64,000 nt of DNA from Eledone cirrhosa (Eukaryota), in assembly GCA_964016885.1 (NCBI GenBank), contig OZ024740.1, positions 165,788,001 to 165,852,000 of the forward strand. The letters are read 5' to 3'. Under the pieces are notes generated by a model. It was not told the origin of the DNA. It did no database searches and saw nothing but the letters and a program-made list of their open reading frames with translations. Shown here piece by piece: positions 1 to 20,160 of this stretch. The translations under genes were made by a program, and so were the position numbers. Positions within the stretch are counted from its first letter, which is position 1. Each line of letters opens with the position of its first letter.

Positions 1-2096
1 CAAACAACTTTTTCTGTAAATTGGTCAATTTTTTCATCTTGTTTGAACATTGAATAGGATCTTCCGATTTCTCTGGGTGAGAGATTTATATCAGGCTTTA
101 TTCCATATCTCTCCTCCAGATCAGTCGCTATTCTAATGATATTTTTTTTTCATGCTCATAAACCTGGGCAAGATGGTTGCCAGCCTTTTTCCTCTGCTGA
201 AGGTCTTGCTTCAGTGTGCTATCCGGGTCTCATATGTTTTTAATATGGATTTTAAACCCCGGCCACCTCTCCTTGCGTGATAAGTATAGCCTATCCACAT
301 CAACATTGATGTTAAAGTTCCCAGTAACACTGAGAAGTTTGCGAGTTCTAACATCCATCTCACTTAGTTCTTGCAATGACCAATTCAGCAGCCCAAATGT
401 TTGCGTTAGAGTTGGCACAGTATAAGTATTGTGGGCAATGTATTTGTTGTACGCTGACAGTTCTGATGACCAAATTTTCTTTACTCTTCTGAAGTATTCA
501 GTTCTGGTTCTCTCCTTATTTATGGGTCCATCGTATCTGACATTCTCATCCTGTCCAAGATATCTGTAGATGTCACCTGACTGTAGAGGTTGTATTGTCA
601 GGCCGTTCATTTCTAGATTTCTAGAGGAGGGCACAGCTCTTCCACGTTTTACTGCCAAATATGCACACTTGGACTCACCAAATTTCATTTTGATGTCTGT
701 TGAAAATTGTGTAATGAGCTCCAATTGTTTCTTGATGTCAATGATATTTGGCCCATACAACTTCGGGTCATCAACAAAGAAAAGATGGCGAGATACTTCT
801 GGACACACTTCTTTGTCCACCTTGTTTCCTGAGTAGGTAAGATAGTGGATTTTGTGAGAGAACGAAGAGTAGCACTGACAAGCTATCACCCTGAAAGATG
901 CCCTTCTGGTAATGTATCTTATCAGTCTTAACTTGCTCCTTTTCATCTCTAAGGATCAAATTGGTGTACCAGTTCTTGGTCAGGGCGTTCAACAGCAGCT
1001 ACCAATGGTTGAGGGACTTTGGCTAAATGTAAAGCCTTAATAGTCCACCCATGAGGTACACTATCAAATGCTTTTTGATAGTCTAGCCACACCACAGTCA
1101 TGTTTCTGCGATTCTTTGTTGTTTTTTCCTGGATCCTTTTATTAGTTAGTAAATGATATATGCAACCCCACACTTCCCTCTTTCCACCAGCTTGCTCAGG
1201 TGTTATGATGTTGTTGGTAGCACAGTGATCCTGTAAGAAGCCGGTTAAGGCACCCAGTATATAATTTATACATGATGTTTTGGCAGGCTATTGGGCGGTA
1301 ATTTTTAGCAAGGGTGGTTTGACTATTTTGGGAATGAGGAGAGTAGTGGCAGTTGATAACCATCTGGGCAGTTCTTGTGTGCCTTTAATGGTTTCTGTAA
1401 ACAGCCGTATGAGATCTTGCCGATAGAAAGTGAAATTCTTCAACCAGTATTCTGTAATGAGGTCTGGGCCTGGTGATTTCCTATTCGACATTTTCTGTAG
1501 AGCTGTTTCCAGTATTGACCCATCTAAGTCATATTGTTTTGTCTGGACATGTTGGCAGCAGTCCTGTTCCAGTTCTTTTAGCCAATTAGTTTGTCTGTTG
1601 AATCCGTCATCCGTTTCCCATATATATCTCCAGTAACACTCAACCTGTTCTTTTGAAGGGGTGTCATTTACTGGGATTGAGATTTTGCCACCAAAGCTGC
1701 GATAAACTGATTTAGGATCTCTGGCAAACAATCTATTTAGCACTTGTCGTTTATGTGCTGTTGACTTATATTTTAGTCTTTCTGTTGTAGCTGTGAGTTG
1801 TTGTTTCAACTGGTGTAATTTGGAGTTCAAAGTTTTAAATTTTGTATCTCCAAATCGTCTCTCTTTTTAGGTCTTCTTGGTGTCGTGTGAAGTTCGTCTC
1901 TATGTTGCATTTCATAACGACTGCGATGTGTGAGATACTTCGTCTCAGGGACAAAATTTTGCTTTTTAAATTTCGTATCCACGCTGATTCAGGCTTTTTG
2001 TTTGTATCTTGATTGCATGGTTTTAGATGTGTGTTATATGATAGCAATGTGACAGCTGAAACATAATAAAATATTAAGCGTTTCAAATGTCGTTTC
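1..2096 (-). mobile_element. Degraded R4/Dong-like (RLE-type) non-LTR retrotransposon, copy 1: N-terminal region and RT domain; runs off the window start
   Basis: Consecutive frameshifted minus-strand ORFs (1835-2086, 1288-1830, 949-1173, 771-992, 230-946) carry RT motifs in order: KSPGPDLI, WLDYQKAFDSVPH, KGIFQGDSLS, HLFFVDD, YRYLG, DVDRLYL. The 5' end abuts (TATG)n at 2097. Confidence 0.9.
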
Positions 2097-2160
2097 TATG
2101 TATGTATGTATGTATGTATGTATGTATGTATGTATGTATGTATGTATGTATGTATGTATG
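2097..2160. repeat. (TATG)n microsatellite separating the two R4/Dong-like copies
   Basis: Pure tatg repeat read directly. Confidence 0.97.
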
Positions 2161-3507
2161 TTCTTCTGGTTTTATAATTTCACAAAGTTTTACCAATTGA
2201 GAGACAGTCGGTTTCTAACATAGACACAAAACTCTCTCATTGGAATTTACACATCAACTAGGTAGATATGTATGTATGTCTGCATGCATGTGTAGATATG
2301 GATGTTATTGTATGTGTGGATGTGTATGTGTGGATGTGTATGTGTGCATGTGTATATGCTTTATATCTGTACATGTGTATATGCAGTTATTAGATGCACA
2401 ATTTTTGGAATGTTTTACAATTTTTACTGTTCCATTAATGGATTGTACTTGTAATTTCCTAACTAGTTGTGTTCTTTCTGTTCCTGTGAAGCCTAGCTTC
2501 TCAATATTTGTATTGAGGTAGTTACTAACATATCCCAGTGCCCCAATAATCACAGGCATAAATCTGAAGGTGTAATTAGGGCGGAGTATCTGCAGATTTC
2601 TCATCAGTTTCTGCATAAATATTCACCTTTTCACTAATCTTTGATATTATATTGGCATCTGCTGGGCAGCTAATTTCCACTACTGTGCATGTTTTCTTCT
2701 CCCTGTCCCATATTATAATATGTGGTCTGTTATGCCTGCATTATATTGGGGTTTTTACTGGAACATTCCACCTGTACTCTTTCATATTATGTACATGGAT
2801 GTCTTCCACATTGTTGTAGCTTTCAATGTGTTTATTATCTGGGCTACCTTTTTTACGAACTGCATTGTACAGTGTTTTGGCCACTACATCATTCCTCATA
2901 GGTAGATTGTACCGCGATGACATCTTTGGGCAGCTGCTGATGACATGGGTGATATCCTCGATGTTAGTTCTGCAGAGTCTGCACTTGTTATCACATCTAG
3001 GTGTTTTGCCTGCATCCCTATCTCTTTTGTGAATCAGGTATTTCGTGCTAATCTCCTGTTCTTGGATTGCAAAAGCGTATCCTTCAAAGTGGGAGCCAAT
3101 ATAGCGGTTGTTGGTCCAAGATAGACTACTTTCCTTATATATATATTACATTCTCACTCTGGAGCTTCCTGGCAACATATCCATGCATGATATTTTGCTG
3201 ATAGGCATGCAGTTTTTCATCCATGGATTCACTGCGATACTGCTGAGCGACATCTCTGGGTGTATGTTTTGATTATCACATAGGGAATATCTCTCAAGGA
3301 GTTCCTTCTCAACTCTCATGATCTCATCTGTTTCATGCAGATAGACTTGCTCGAGAAGCGGGCTCCTACGCTTCGAGGTTCGTAGATGTTGTCGGAGAGA
3401 TATGATGCGACATTCAAATGTTGTCTGGACTGATGTTAGGTCTCTGCCTCCTTGCTTACGTTTCAAGTAAAGGCGGTCTATGTCACTGTTGATGTGGAAG
3501 TTTTCCG
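2161..3507 (-). mobile_element. 5'-truncated degraded R4/Dong-like retrotransposon, copy 2: RT thumb, CCHC zinc knuckle, restriction-like endonuclease and 3' UTR
   Basis: Minus-strand translation gives [52 protein letters not shown] (CCHC), HNRPHIIIWDREKKTCTVVEISCP (RLE, PD changed to PH) and FMPVIIGALG. Frameshifted. The 3' UTR ends ...AAAACCAGAAGAA, followed by (CATA)n. Confidence 0.88.
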
Positions 3508-3508
3508 G

Positions 3509-10030
<6,522 letters not shown>

Positions 10031-10139
10031 TATATATATATGTATATACATGCGTGGCCTCAGGAATGTATATACATTATCATATAAATATCCCCATACA
10101 CGTGCTTGCTTGCGCGCTGCCGTGTCAATGCATAGGTCT

Positions 10140-10270
10140 CCCCCGTCGTTTCCACCGATTCCTTCGGTTGTTCGATCAATTGAAGTTTCAGAAGTTGAGA
10201 TATGTACCCTTATGATGTGTACCAAGCCGAAACAGTGTGCTACAATATGTGACAAGGTTCCACACGAGAA
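10140..10270 (-). mobile_element. Degenerate fragment of an interspersed SINE-associated repeat (family A)
   Basis: GTTGTTCGATCAAT at ~10168 is the reverse complement of ATTGATCGAACAAC in the 11607-11890 copy; neighbouring motifs are similar. Confidence 0.5.
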
Positions 10271-11189
10271 TTACAGGTATAATTCACCCTTCGCGCTATC
10301 ACACATTCCCTATTTAACTTCTTTTTTTTATCACCCTTTCACAAATATCGTTCTGATGAGACTAAATAAATTATTTTATGAAATTTTGTATGAAAAAATG
10401 TTGTCTGCCTACTTGTAAGTCTATAAATGTGTGCGTGTCTGTATGAGCATAAGTGTGAAGAAACATTTTGAATGAACAACTCTGTATATGACAGTACTTT
10501 TATATGTTCCACTCACGCTCATATTACTGAATATTGTATTTTACTTCATTCAGAACACACGTGGTTATGTGCGTGCGAACATGATACTTGTTTACAAAAC
10601 AATTTTGAGGCTATATCTTTCCTCGACTCTGATCTATTCATTTGAGGTTTTCCATTATATACAAATTGAATAATTTGTCTCTGTTTGCTTGCTTCATGTA
10701 TTCGTTAAATAAACTCTACAGTATTGACTTTTTCTATTTTTACAACTCTGCAAATATGTATGCGAAGATCATTGGTTAAATCAACTTCAGTAGGTGACCG
10801 ATTCGTATTTTGCAGGCCCAGGTAGAAAAAAAGCATTGTCGATACCAGTTAGCGTTCAATTTACAATATAAATGTTTGAAATTAAATATCGAAATACATC
10901 TAATCAATTCTTTACTGTATTTATCACTCCACCCATTGCTATATATTCTTTATATGTTCACTTACATTGAACAATTCGAATGTGCATTGTGGGGATTAGA
11001 CTCAGAATCACACACACATCCGCCGTGGTTGTTGTGTTTTAAAAGTCTTTCATGAGCCCAGAGCAGCAGTTGAGGATCTTTTCAATATGAAGTGCAATTT
11101 TTGTCTATAATAATAATGATAATAGAGATAATTGAAACTGCATAATTTATTATTAAAAAAAACAAAAAAAACTTACAATGAAAATATGA

Positions 11190-11425
11190 CCCCTGGCTTA
11201 GAGACTTATCAGGCTGGAGCTTATCTAGATTTCATGTAGCCTTAAACAACCGAGCGTGTAGCAACACCCTGCTACTGCAAATAGTATTCATTTGTTTCAG
11301 ATGAATGGTTGGACAATAGAAATACTAAATCAAGTGCCTTGCTCAAGGGCACAACGTTCTACGCAGTGCCAAAATCGAATTCACGGCTTTCAGATAGTGA
11401 GCTCATTACTCTAACCACGTGGCAT
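11190..11425 (-). mobile_element. tRNA-derived SINE (CORE/Nin-like), degenerate
   Basis: Minus strand shows an A-box-like GTGGTTAGAG and a B-box-like GAATTCGATT, then GTGCCCTTGAGCAAGGCACTT (CORE-like) and a 3' GATAAGCTCCAGCCTGAT motif. Confidence 0.6.
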
Positions 11426-11606
11426 CATCCTTATTGGTAATATTGAGGCCAGTAAGCGTTGAGTATATCGATACACTGCTAAAGTTATATAGCGAAATTG
11501 TTTCTCATTGTAACGTAAACAACTTTAACACAATGACGACTGGTCGACATCTACGATACTATTGAAGAGTTACACATTTTCACAAATATAAATAAATATA
11601 TTTGCT

Positions 11607-11890
11607 TGCAGTATGGCTGTATCTTTAAGAAGTTCGCTTGCCAATCATTAGATGCCACTGCATGGCATCTGGGGCGTCAGTAAACTTGGGTAGACGGAAA
11701 CAATTTGAAGCCTATTAGGTGGTCTGTACTGGAAATTAAAAGACTTGTCTTGTCACGTATTGTGTGTTGCTGAATCTTTCTGAGAATGACATTAAGAGCA
11801 CACATGTCTGTGGAATGCTCAGCCTCGTAAAAGTTAATTTCATGAGCAGGCACCTCCATTGATCGAACAACTGGAACATTCATCATCGAA
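11607..11890 (+). mobile_element. Degenerate composite tRNA-SINE/interspersed repeat (family A)
   Basis: tRNA-like head (ATGGCTGT...TAAGAAGTTCGCTT...CCACTGCATGGCA), GGTAGACGGAAAC, then GCTGAATCT...CATGTCTGTGGAATGCTCAGCC shared in reverse with the copies at 16640-16870 and 31663-31940. Confidence 0.6.
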
Positions 11891-14081
11891 AATGTTGTAC
11901 CCAAAGAGACCTATACTACTCATTCATTCTATAAAGGCATAGATCTTGTATTTTAAGCAATTAAATAATCTATATTTACTAAATATGAGTCGAGTATCTT
12001 GAGAGATCAACTTCAGGAAAGCAAACTGTGGAAATTCATTCGATTTCCAGCTGTTGTCATTTTTCTTCATTTGCCTGACTTGTGCTTTTCAAAAAGGCAT
12101 AAACATCAAATATCGCTATTCTCCCCATAATTTTAAGATTATTAGAATTACAATTTTTTTTTTTTTGTTTACGTTTCATTCTCAGATCAGAAATCACCAT
12201 TATCATTATTTTAATTATTTTCTCTCAATCTTTCTATTTCACTCTGCGTGTCTCTGATTTCCATTTCTTTCTTATCCCTCCCTATCTCTTTTAGTGTATG
12301 TATGTCTGTTTATCTGCACTCTGGTAAATCGCTTTTGTAAACTTTACAAAGCATGCATTGCAGAAATCCGCCCCCCATCTCTTTCTGCAAAAATCCAAAG
12401 CTATGTTTAATAGTCTTTTTGTATTAGCCAAGATTTGTACATAGCTATCTTCACAAACAACATTGAGATCGACTTACAGACGTGAAGACCATATATTTTA
12501 TTAGGTCAAACAAATGCTGACGTTAAGTGTTGCTCACGTGACTCTTCAACAAATCACAAAACGGAAAGGTATCGGGGGGAAAATTGTTGACACACTACCG
12601 GAAACTTTCCTGCTAACCACATTGTGTTATATATTTGTCAATGCTTTTTCTACAATTATTATAATCTGAAGAGGAAAAGGTTAGCGGTAAAGTCGGAAGA
12701 ACTTCTTTCAGTGCTGGTGCGCATTTATGCGATATTCCGTTCTTATGTGCATTTGTACACGTGCACATGTTTAACTTTCTTATTTTCCAGTTACGGTGGG
12801 TGTATGTGGTTCACATGGTAATTAACGCTGAATATTATATTATAAACAATACCTGTAATAATAGCATGAGATCTTGTCAGCGTCCTATACCCGGGTTTAG
12901 AATTGACGTTTACTAAAACATATGAAAACATACATTTTATACATAGTGTGTTGTCAGAAAAGTGAAAAAAAAAACTTCAGAAAAAATAATTCTTGACTAC
13001 TGAAGAATTTTCAGTAGAGAATCAAATATTTATAAGAAAATGATAGAATGATCTAGAAAACATTTAAAACTGACATATTCCAAACACCATTTAGCTGTAT
13101 ATATAGCCAATATGTTATTTGATAAAGTTGTCTATATCTTTATTTAGAAATAATGTCTGTTTGAGTATATGCGTGTAGGTGAGCGTGTTTAATTTTCAAA
13201 TATATTAATTCAATTCTACTTAACATGTATTAGTGTATTTTCCAATGAGTTTCTGCGCCAGAGGTCTTTAAAGTCGTCAGTATCGACACCCAGGGGTCAC
13301 TCTGACTATCCAGACTATCGATTGAACTTTTGTGCTAAAGCCTGGAATTGGTATATGAAATTAATATACATAAAATAATATAATGAAATACAACTTGCTT
13401 ATACATGTTTCTGTTTTGTATTCGATTAGTCTTTATCGTCTATTTATTTTATATTATTTTTTCAAATTTTTTTGCCTATATATTTTTGTATATGCCCAGG
13501 TGAGAGATCAAGAATTCTGTGAATCAGTCGATGACTTAAAATCTTTTGGCATCCCTGTTCTCTGTGTATGTACGATCTGTTTGAAATAGCAGTCAAATTA
13601 CCCATTGGTTTCTTAGACAGGCACAAAGTGAATCATGTAATATTTGATAGCATGTTGAGGAATGGTCAAAGTGGCCATGGTTAGAATGTCTTTCACCATT
13701 GATCTGCTGTATCATAGTTAACTTGGGATTAAACAACAATTGTGTTTTATATTCTTTTTGTATAATTTGACTTACCATTTCTCTCCTCGACCATTTTTAT
13801 ATTTGGATAAATAATATGCGAGATTGCCCCTAATCCTTCACTGTTCACATACATATATTTTACACTATGCAAACTCATGTAAATAGATAACACACGCACC
13901 AGAAATGCATATGTATGTTTATGAGAGTGCGCATATGTAATATATGCAACTATGTATGAAAGCGTCTGTGTGTGCATGTGCTTGTGTGTCTGTGTGTGCG
14001 AGAGAGGGGGAGAAGGGAGAGAGAGAAATGGAAAGCGTGGTGGAAAGAGAGAATCTAAATATCTCTTCTGATGGCACTTAC

Positions 14082-14225
14082 ATGTTTCCAGAGATGTTAG
14101 TTTTGATAAAACCAAGTCAAGATTGCTTCAGCTGCTGTCAAGAGACCAAGAGACACAATAATTTAGGATCCGACGACAGGCTTTGAGCAACGTTAAATCA
14201 ATGGGGTTTTATTTGAACTGATAAT
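14082..14225 (-). other. Candidate non-coding (5' UTR-like) exon, 144 nt
   Basis: Minus strand has the acceptor TTTTTTTTTTATATTATTTCCTCTCAG and the donor AT|GTAAGT; all three frames contain stops. Confidence 0.25.
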
Positions 14226-14679
14226 CTGAGAGGAAATAATATAAAAAAAAAAGAGCAGAATAAAAACAGTGAGATGCAATGCAAATATTAGATTTGTTAA
14301 TTGAAAATTCATTGTTGTGTTATTTCTTCTTTTAGCCTATGCTATCTCTTCCTACTCTCTCCAACACCCGTTTTATCATAACTCACTCTAGATTTTCAAT
14401 TTATTGGTGGTCGGAGAGTTGGTAATAGCGTTGATTAGTAGGAAATCTACTAAATATTGATAAGAGAAATACTGTTAACATAAGAAATTTAGTATGGTTT
14501 TTGAAACACTAACTCCATTCAAATTTTAATTTGGTGTGTGTGTGTGGGGGGGGGGGGGGGTTTGGCACTGATAATAAATGTTCTTGCTCCCCATGCAAAC
14601 AACAATCACGATGTTGACCACGACTACCATCATCATCATTCCTATCTAGAGTGATAGCATTAGAGATTACGGAATATAA

Positions 14680-14714
<35 letters not shown>

Positions 14715-14725
<11 letters not shown>

Positions 14726-14932
14726 GAATAGCTTTCACCGTATTTTTCGACTAAATAAATTTTAGTCTGATAATGGGGTTTAGAACCCACAGATAAATGG
14801 AAAAAGATGAGTATTGACGTACATTTACGTCAATACTCATCTTTTTCCATTTATCTGAGGGTTCTAAACCCCATTATCAGACTAAAATTTATTTAGTCGA
14901 AAAATACGGTGAAAGCTATTCTAATTTCTAAT
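14715..14932. repeat. Near-perfect palindrome: 107-bp arms, 4-nt loop, adjacent to (TA)n
   Basis: 14715-14821 is the reverse complement of 14826-14932 with two mismatches seen; loop CATT. Confidence 0.95.
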
Positions 14933-16273
14933 TTCACACCTGCTCACTGTTTCAAAACATACTTACTTGTCATATATATATAAAGACAGGTTTAAGTGTC
15001 TTAGTGTTATTTATGAACATGAAAAATAACTTCATAACTTTAAATGCGAAAATTATTTAAAATATGAAGCATTATCTAGCACCACTCTTCGGCCTGGGAA
15101 GCAGGAAAGACAACTTTGAACATTTTTATTCTTGACCGCCATCAGCTGAAATATAACCTTCATCAATATTTGCTTTGTATTTATTTCATTAATCAGAGAA
15201 GCTTGAAAGGCAAAGTCGACTCCAGTGGGAATAGATCTCTGAAATAAAAAGAGAATTATATACCACAAGATATTTAGTTTGTCTCTCAATCAATCCACTG
15301 GCGCTGTTTTTTTTTTTGTTTTTGTTTTTTTTCTTCACAATTATATTGCAACAATATCTATATGCTTTCGCACATGCCTACATATATGTATGTATGTGTG
15401 TGAATGTCACCTCTGATCGAGTAGACCTATGCCCAAAAGCGTCCAAACACTGACCGTCTTATTTATATAACTTCCACTAAATTGTCAGATATGTTCTTCA
15501 CATTTAAAGACGTTGTTCAATATCAGTAAATGTAAATGATAATTAGATAATCATTTTTCACTTTATTTTGTTCTATACACCAGTTGGTTTTAAACATGTC
15601 AACAACAATTTCAGCCAGTAATAAACAAATGTTTAACTAGCCAAATATTTTCAGACAGCAGCGAATTCCTCTTCTGATCAAATTGCTGCTCCTACGTCTT
15701 TTCCTTCTTTTCTTTCATATATATTTTTTAATTTTATGCCACTCAATCACCAATAATTTTCCTGTTTATTTTTCTCTCTTAATTTTTATCAACTTTAATA
15801 AAAACAAAATACTCAAAAAAAAGAGACTTCTAGAAGCAAAAGTATTTGCTTCACACATGCTCGACTCTGATGATCAAATTTCCTCACTTTACGAATATTT
15901 TATGTTCAACTGGAGTCGACAGTTTGCGCTTCTTCTTGACAATTGTAGTAGTAGTAGTAGTGAGAAATTTCAGTCTCGAACGAAATGCTGTTAGTTCAAA
16001 TACTATAAAGAATGCAAATATAGTTCTTTATTGATAATTTGTGTGCGTTTATTTGGCATGCTTTTCTGTCTTCCATTTGTCCTACCAACCCTTCCTTCGT
16101 TTTATATTTCGTATTTAAAGTCATTATTACTCTTTCTTTACTTTATCTCCCCTCACTACATATTTGTATCCGATTCGCTCATTCTTTTTAGAAAATTTCA
16201 TTTTTCAAGCATAGATTGATTAATGAATCATTTCAGACATTCATAATATTTCAGAAAAAGAGGGAATATTTTC

Positions 16274-16304
<31 letters not shown>

Positions 16305-16347
16305 CATATATATATATATAGATATATATATATATACATTGATACAT

Positions 16348-16381
<34 letters not shown>

Positions 16382-16639
16382 GTGTGTATGTATATATACA
16401 TTAGCTTATTAGCTTACTCAGTCTGACTTAATTAGGACGCTTTGCTACATAAGTATCTATAAGTCTCTTTTTTTTAATTCTAAATTTTTGAATCCAGAAA
16501 AAAATATAAACAGTTTTAAATTTTCCAGTCTGCACAATATATGTGCCCATCTCCCAATAATCTGAGAACCGATTTCTCAAGTTATTTTCCATAGTCAGAC
16601 ATATCTTTTTAACTCCTGATAAATCGTGCGACGGTTTCG

Positions 16640-16870
16640 GGGTTATGCGTTCAACTGTACAAGCTCATGAATTACTATATGGCACTCTATGTAACGTGAA
16701 CGTTTACTATTCATCAGTCATGTGTTCCCTTGACGTAATTCCCAGGCAGAATTCATGTGACACGATATGCGAGGAGCTTCTACACAATTTCCGTCTACAT
16801 ACGGGCAGATCGAACCTGGTAGCTCTGGATTGTTAAACCAATTTCTTAACCATTTAGCTATGCCTGCATC
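16640..16870 (-). mobile_element. Degenerate SINE/interspersed repeat (family A)
   Basis: TTTCCGTCTAC is the reverse complement of GTAGACGGAAA in the 11607 copy; tRNA-like head at TTCTTAACCATTTAGCTATGCCTGC. Confidence 0.55.
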
Positions 16871-16910
16871 CACATATAACTTCAATTTGTAAACATACTT
16901 CTGTATAGCA

Positions 16911-17018
<108 letters not shown>

Positions 17019-17145
17019 TACGTTATTCAGTAATTTTGTTCGTTAGTAGAGGTGTCACCAATATGAGCACCAGACCCCAAATCATAGTTTTATTTTCATT
17101 AGTCCACACGTTCGTTATGCAGATCGATACTGGTGTCATGTATAT

Positions 17146-17243
17146 TAGAATCAATAAAGACCTCGAGCTAATTATCTATGAAACCTATGTAATATTCGAT
17201 ATGCAATAAAAACATTTTAAAGCTAAATTTCGTTATTTCATAC

Positions 17244-17335
<92 letters not shown>

Positions 17336-17474
17336 ATGTATATAGATATATATATAAGTATGTGTGTGTGTGTGTGTAATGTATGAAATAACGAAATTTA
17401 GCTTTAAAATGTTTTTATTGCATATCGAATATTACATATGTTTCACAGATAATTAGCTCGAGGTCTTTGATTCT
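17146..17474. repeat. Inverted repeat with ~100-bp arms around a (CA)n/(TA)n/(TG)n spacer
   Basis: 17146-17246 (TAGAATCAATAAAGACCTCGAG...TTTCATACATT) is the reverse complement of 17378-17474, with a few mismatches and a small indel. Confidence 0.93.
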
Positions 17475-18801
17475 ATTATATATATATATGTATGTGTGTG
17501 TGTGTGTGTCTGTCTGTGTGTGTGTGTGTGTGTGTGAGTATCAGAAAAACAGAGAGAGATATGCAAAATAACATTACAATGGCAGACGTAAACCAAAAAC
17601 CTCTCGAAACTGAGAGGGCAGAGGCGTTGCTTAGACAACAGTACGGTATTAATGTCGCTATATCAAACTTTATCTTTTCATATCAAAGTTCACAATCAAA
17701 TGGAGTCGGATCCATATAATAGATACCAGTAATATACTGCTGACCTACTTAATTCATCACAACTTCCATTTCCCTGTAATTCCGTGGCTTTCTACTGAAC
17801 CCTGAAATTAATATAGGAAGAAAATGGAGAGAAATCTGAAATGGTGCTGAAAATTAATTAACTGAAAATAGTAATGATTACGCCTGTTCACGCACGAGCT
17901 TTGCTCTGAAAACTATTTCGTCTGGTATGTTATTTAACGAATTGCTCATTCATTAACATAACTATTCTGATTGGATAATTCCAGCCGAATAACACCGTAT
18001 TATTTAATTCCATTCTTCCTCAGTTTTACAATCCTTTCTCCTCTACTTTCAGCCAGGCTCCTTTCATTCTTCTCCTTTCCTTTATCATCAACCTCGCTTT
18101 TTTTCCAAATGCCTTCTCTACATGCGTGTTCTATTCAGCTGTATTACTATTTTCAATCATTGAATGCACTATCTATCTATTTGACTGTCAGTCCGTCTGT
18201 CTGTCTGAGAATGAGAGAGAAACGAAGAAAAAGAATGTGTGCGCGTGTAAACGTTTGGCGGTCATTTCGTTTGTCTTGAGTTACTTTTTGCTTGTCTCTC
18301 GTATTTGTCTATAAATATATCTCTTTCGTTATCTGTCTTTTTGCCTTTTTTCTTGGCGTTGTCTGTACTTTTAGTGTAAGCATCTTTTATACTCATATAT
18401 TTTTTGTGCCTCTGCTTATATATTTGTCTGTCTATCTGTCCGTTTACTGCCTGCCTGCTTCCATAACTTCCTCCCCATGTGTTCTCATCAGAATCAATGG
18501 CGTCATTTCTTCTCATCTTCGACTTATATTTTGGGGGGGGGGGGGGGGGTTTGTTTTCGATTTGAGGAAAACGTTTCTGTAATTAATTTTTGGAATTCTT
18601 CGACAGAATTGTTTGTCAATAAACAACGACAATCTGTGAATAGTAAAAGAGGAAGAACTGGGAAGATAAACCACTTTTTCTATACATAATTCGTGGGTGT
18701 GGGCGCACGCACACACACACACACACACTCACAGACAGACAGACACACACACACACACACACACATATATATGTGTATATATATACATATAGAGAGGGGT
18801 A

Positions 18802-18841
<40 letters not shown>

Positions 18842-19005
18842 GAAGGAAATGTGGTAAGGAACCAGGTGGACCATAATGCACCAAAGTACTCAATACTTAG
18901 GGTAGTAGAGTGGGTAATAGGAACGAGTAGGACCCCGACGGCTGAGTCCAGAATTAGCCGTCGAAACGGCTTGAGCTCAGCCGTCGGGGTCCTACTCGTT
19001 CCTAT
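18842..19005. repeat. ~160-bp GC-richer insert in (TA)n ending in a perfect 30-bp inverted repeat
   Basis: ATAGGAACGAGTAGGACCCCGACGGCTGAG (18917-18946) is the exact reverse complement of 18976-19005; (TA)n on both sides. Confidence 0.9.
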
Positions 19006-19161
19006 ATATATATATGTGTGAAAAGTGTAATTTACTACACAAAACGAAGGTTATAGAGAAAATTGAGGTTGGTAATGGCACATGGAATATATAAGAGACA
19101 GAATATTTTTTTGTGAAAAAACATATAATTTTATAAGGTAAGGAAATAATAAAGGGTATAA

Positions 19162-19209
19162 AAAATGACCGGTTTCGATGGGCCTGCAAAAGCCATCTTT
19201 TCAAATGTT
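19162..19209 (-). ncRNA. Minimal type I hammerhead ribozyme motif (U3-A8 variant)
   Basis: Minus strand reads AACAT-TTGAAAA-GATGG(cttttgcaggc)CCATC-GAAAC-CG-GTC-ATTTT. Confidence 0.6.
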
Positions 19210-19539
19210 GATTAATATTAAGAGAAATTAATAAGAAGAAGAGTTAAAATTTGAGATTTGAAAATTGAAGTATAAAATTCATTGTGGGATTTCATAGTAG
19301 TTTTCATCTTGGTAGCAGCTCGTTGACTGCTTCTGGTAGTGAATGAGAAGTTATATGGGGGTGTGGGTTATTTTATAAAGGTAAAATTTAGCAATGGCCA
19401 GATGGCCAGCTGCTGGTCAGTGAGGGGGTGGAAGCAATATACATACATATATCTTCCTATGCTCGGTAGGAGAGGGGAGATTGATAGAAAGGGATTTAGT
19501 GCACTTACACCTATATATACACACATACCTTCATCCACA

Positions 19540-19566
19540 CATACATACATACATATACATATACAT

Positions 19567-19623
<57 letters not shown>

Positions 19624-20009
19624 TACATACACACACATACATATACATACACACATACACACACACATATATGCACATACACACACATATATATATATAT
19701 ACACACACACATATATATACATACACATACATCCAGATACACACATACATACACACACACACACCCATATATATATATATATGTGTACATACATATATAT
19801 ACACACATATACATACACATATATATACACACACCCACACATACATACACACACACATATATATACATACACACATACAAACACACACACACACACATAT
19901 ATACACATACACACACATATATATACACACACACACATCTATATATACACATACGCATACATCCAGATACACACATACACACACACACACACAATACATA
20001 CATCCACAT

Positions 20010-20097
<88 letters not shown>

Positions 20098-20160
20098 ACA
20101 CATACACCCACACACAGAGAAATGGCCTCCAAATATATATATATACATACATACACATAT
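19540..20160. repeat. Compound (CA)n/(TA)n/(CATA)n microsatellite
   Basis: Read directly. Confidence 0.95.

Noticed and set aside
13245-13290. Minus-strand CTGACGA...GAAAC hammerhead-like spacing
   Set aside because: No stem II or stem I pairing; likely chance.
18917-18975. Calling a hammerhead ribozyme in the 30-bp hairpin insert
   Set aside because: Stem plus GAAAC is present, but there is no CUGANGA-like core or NUH site.
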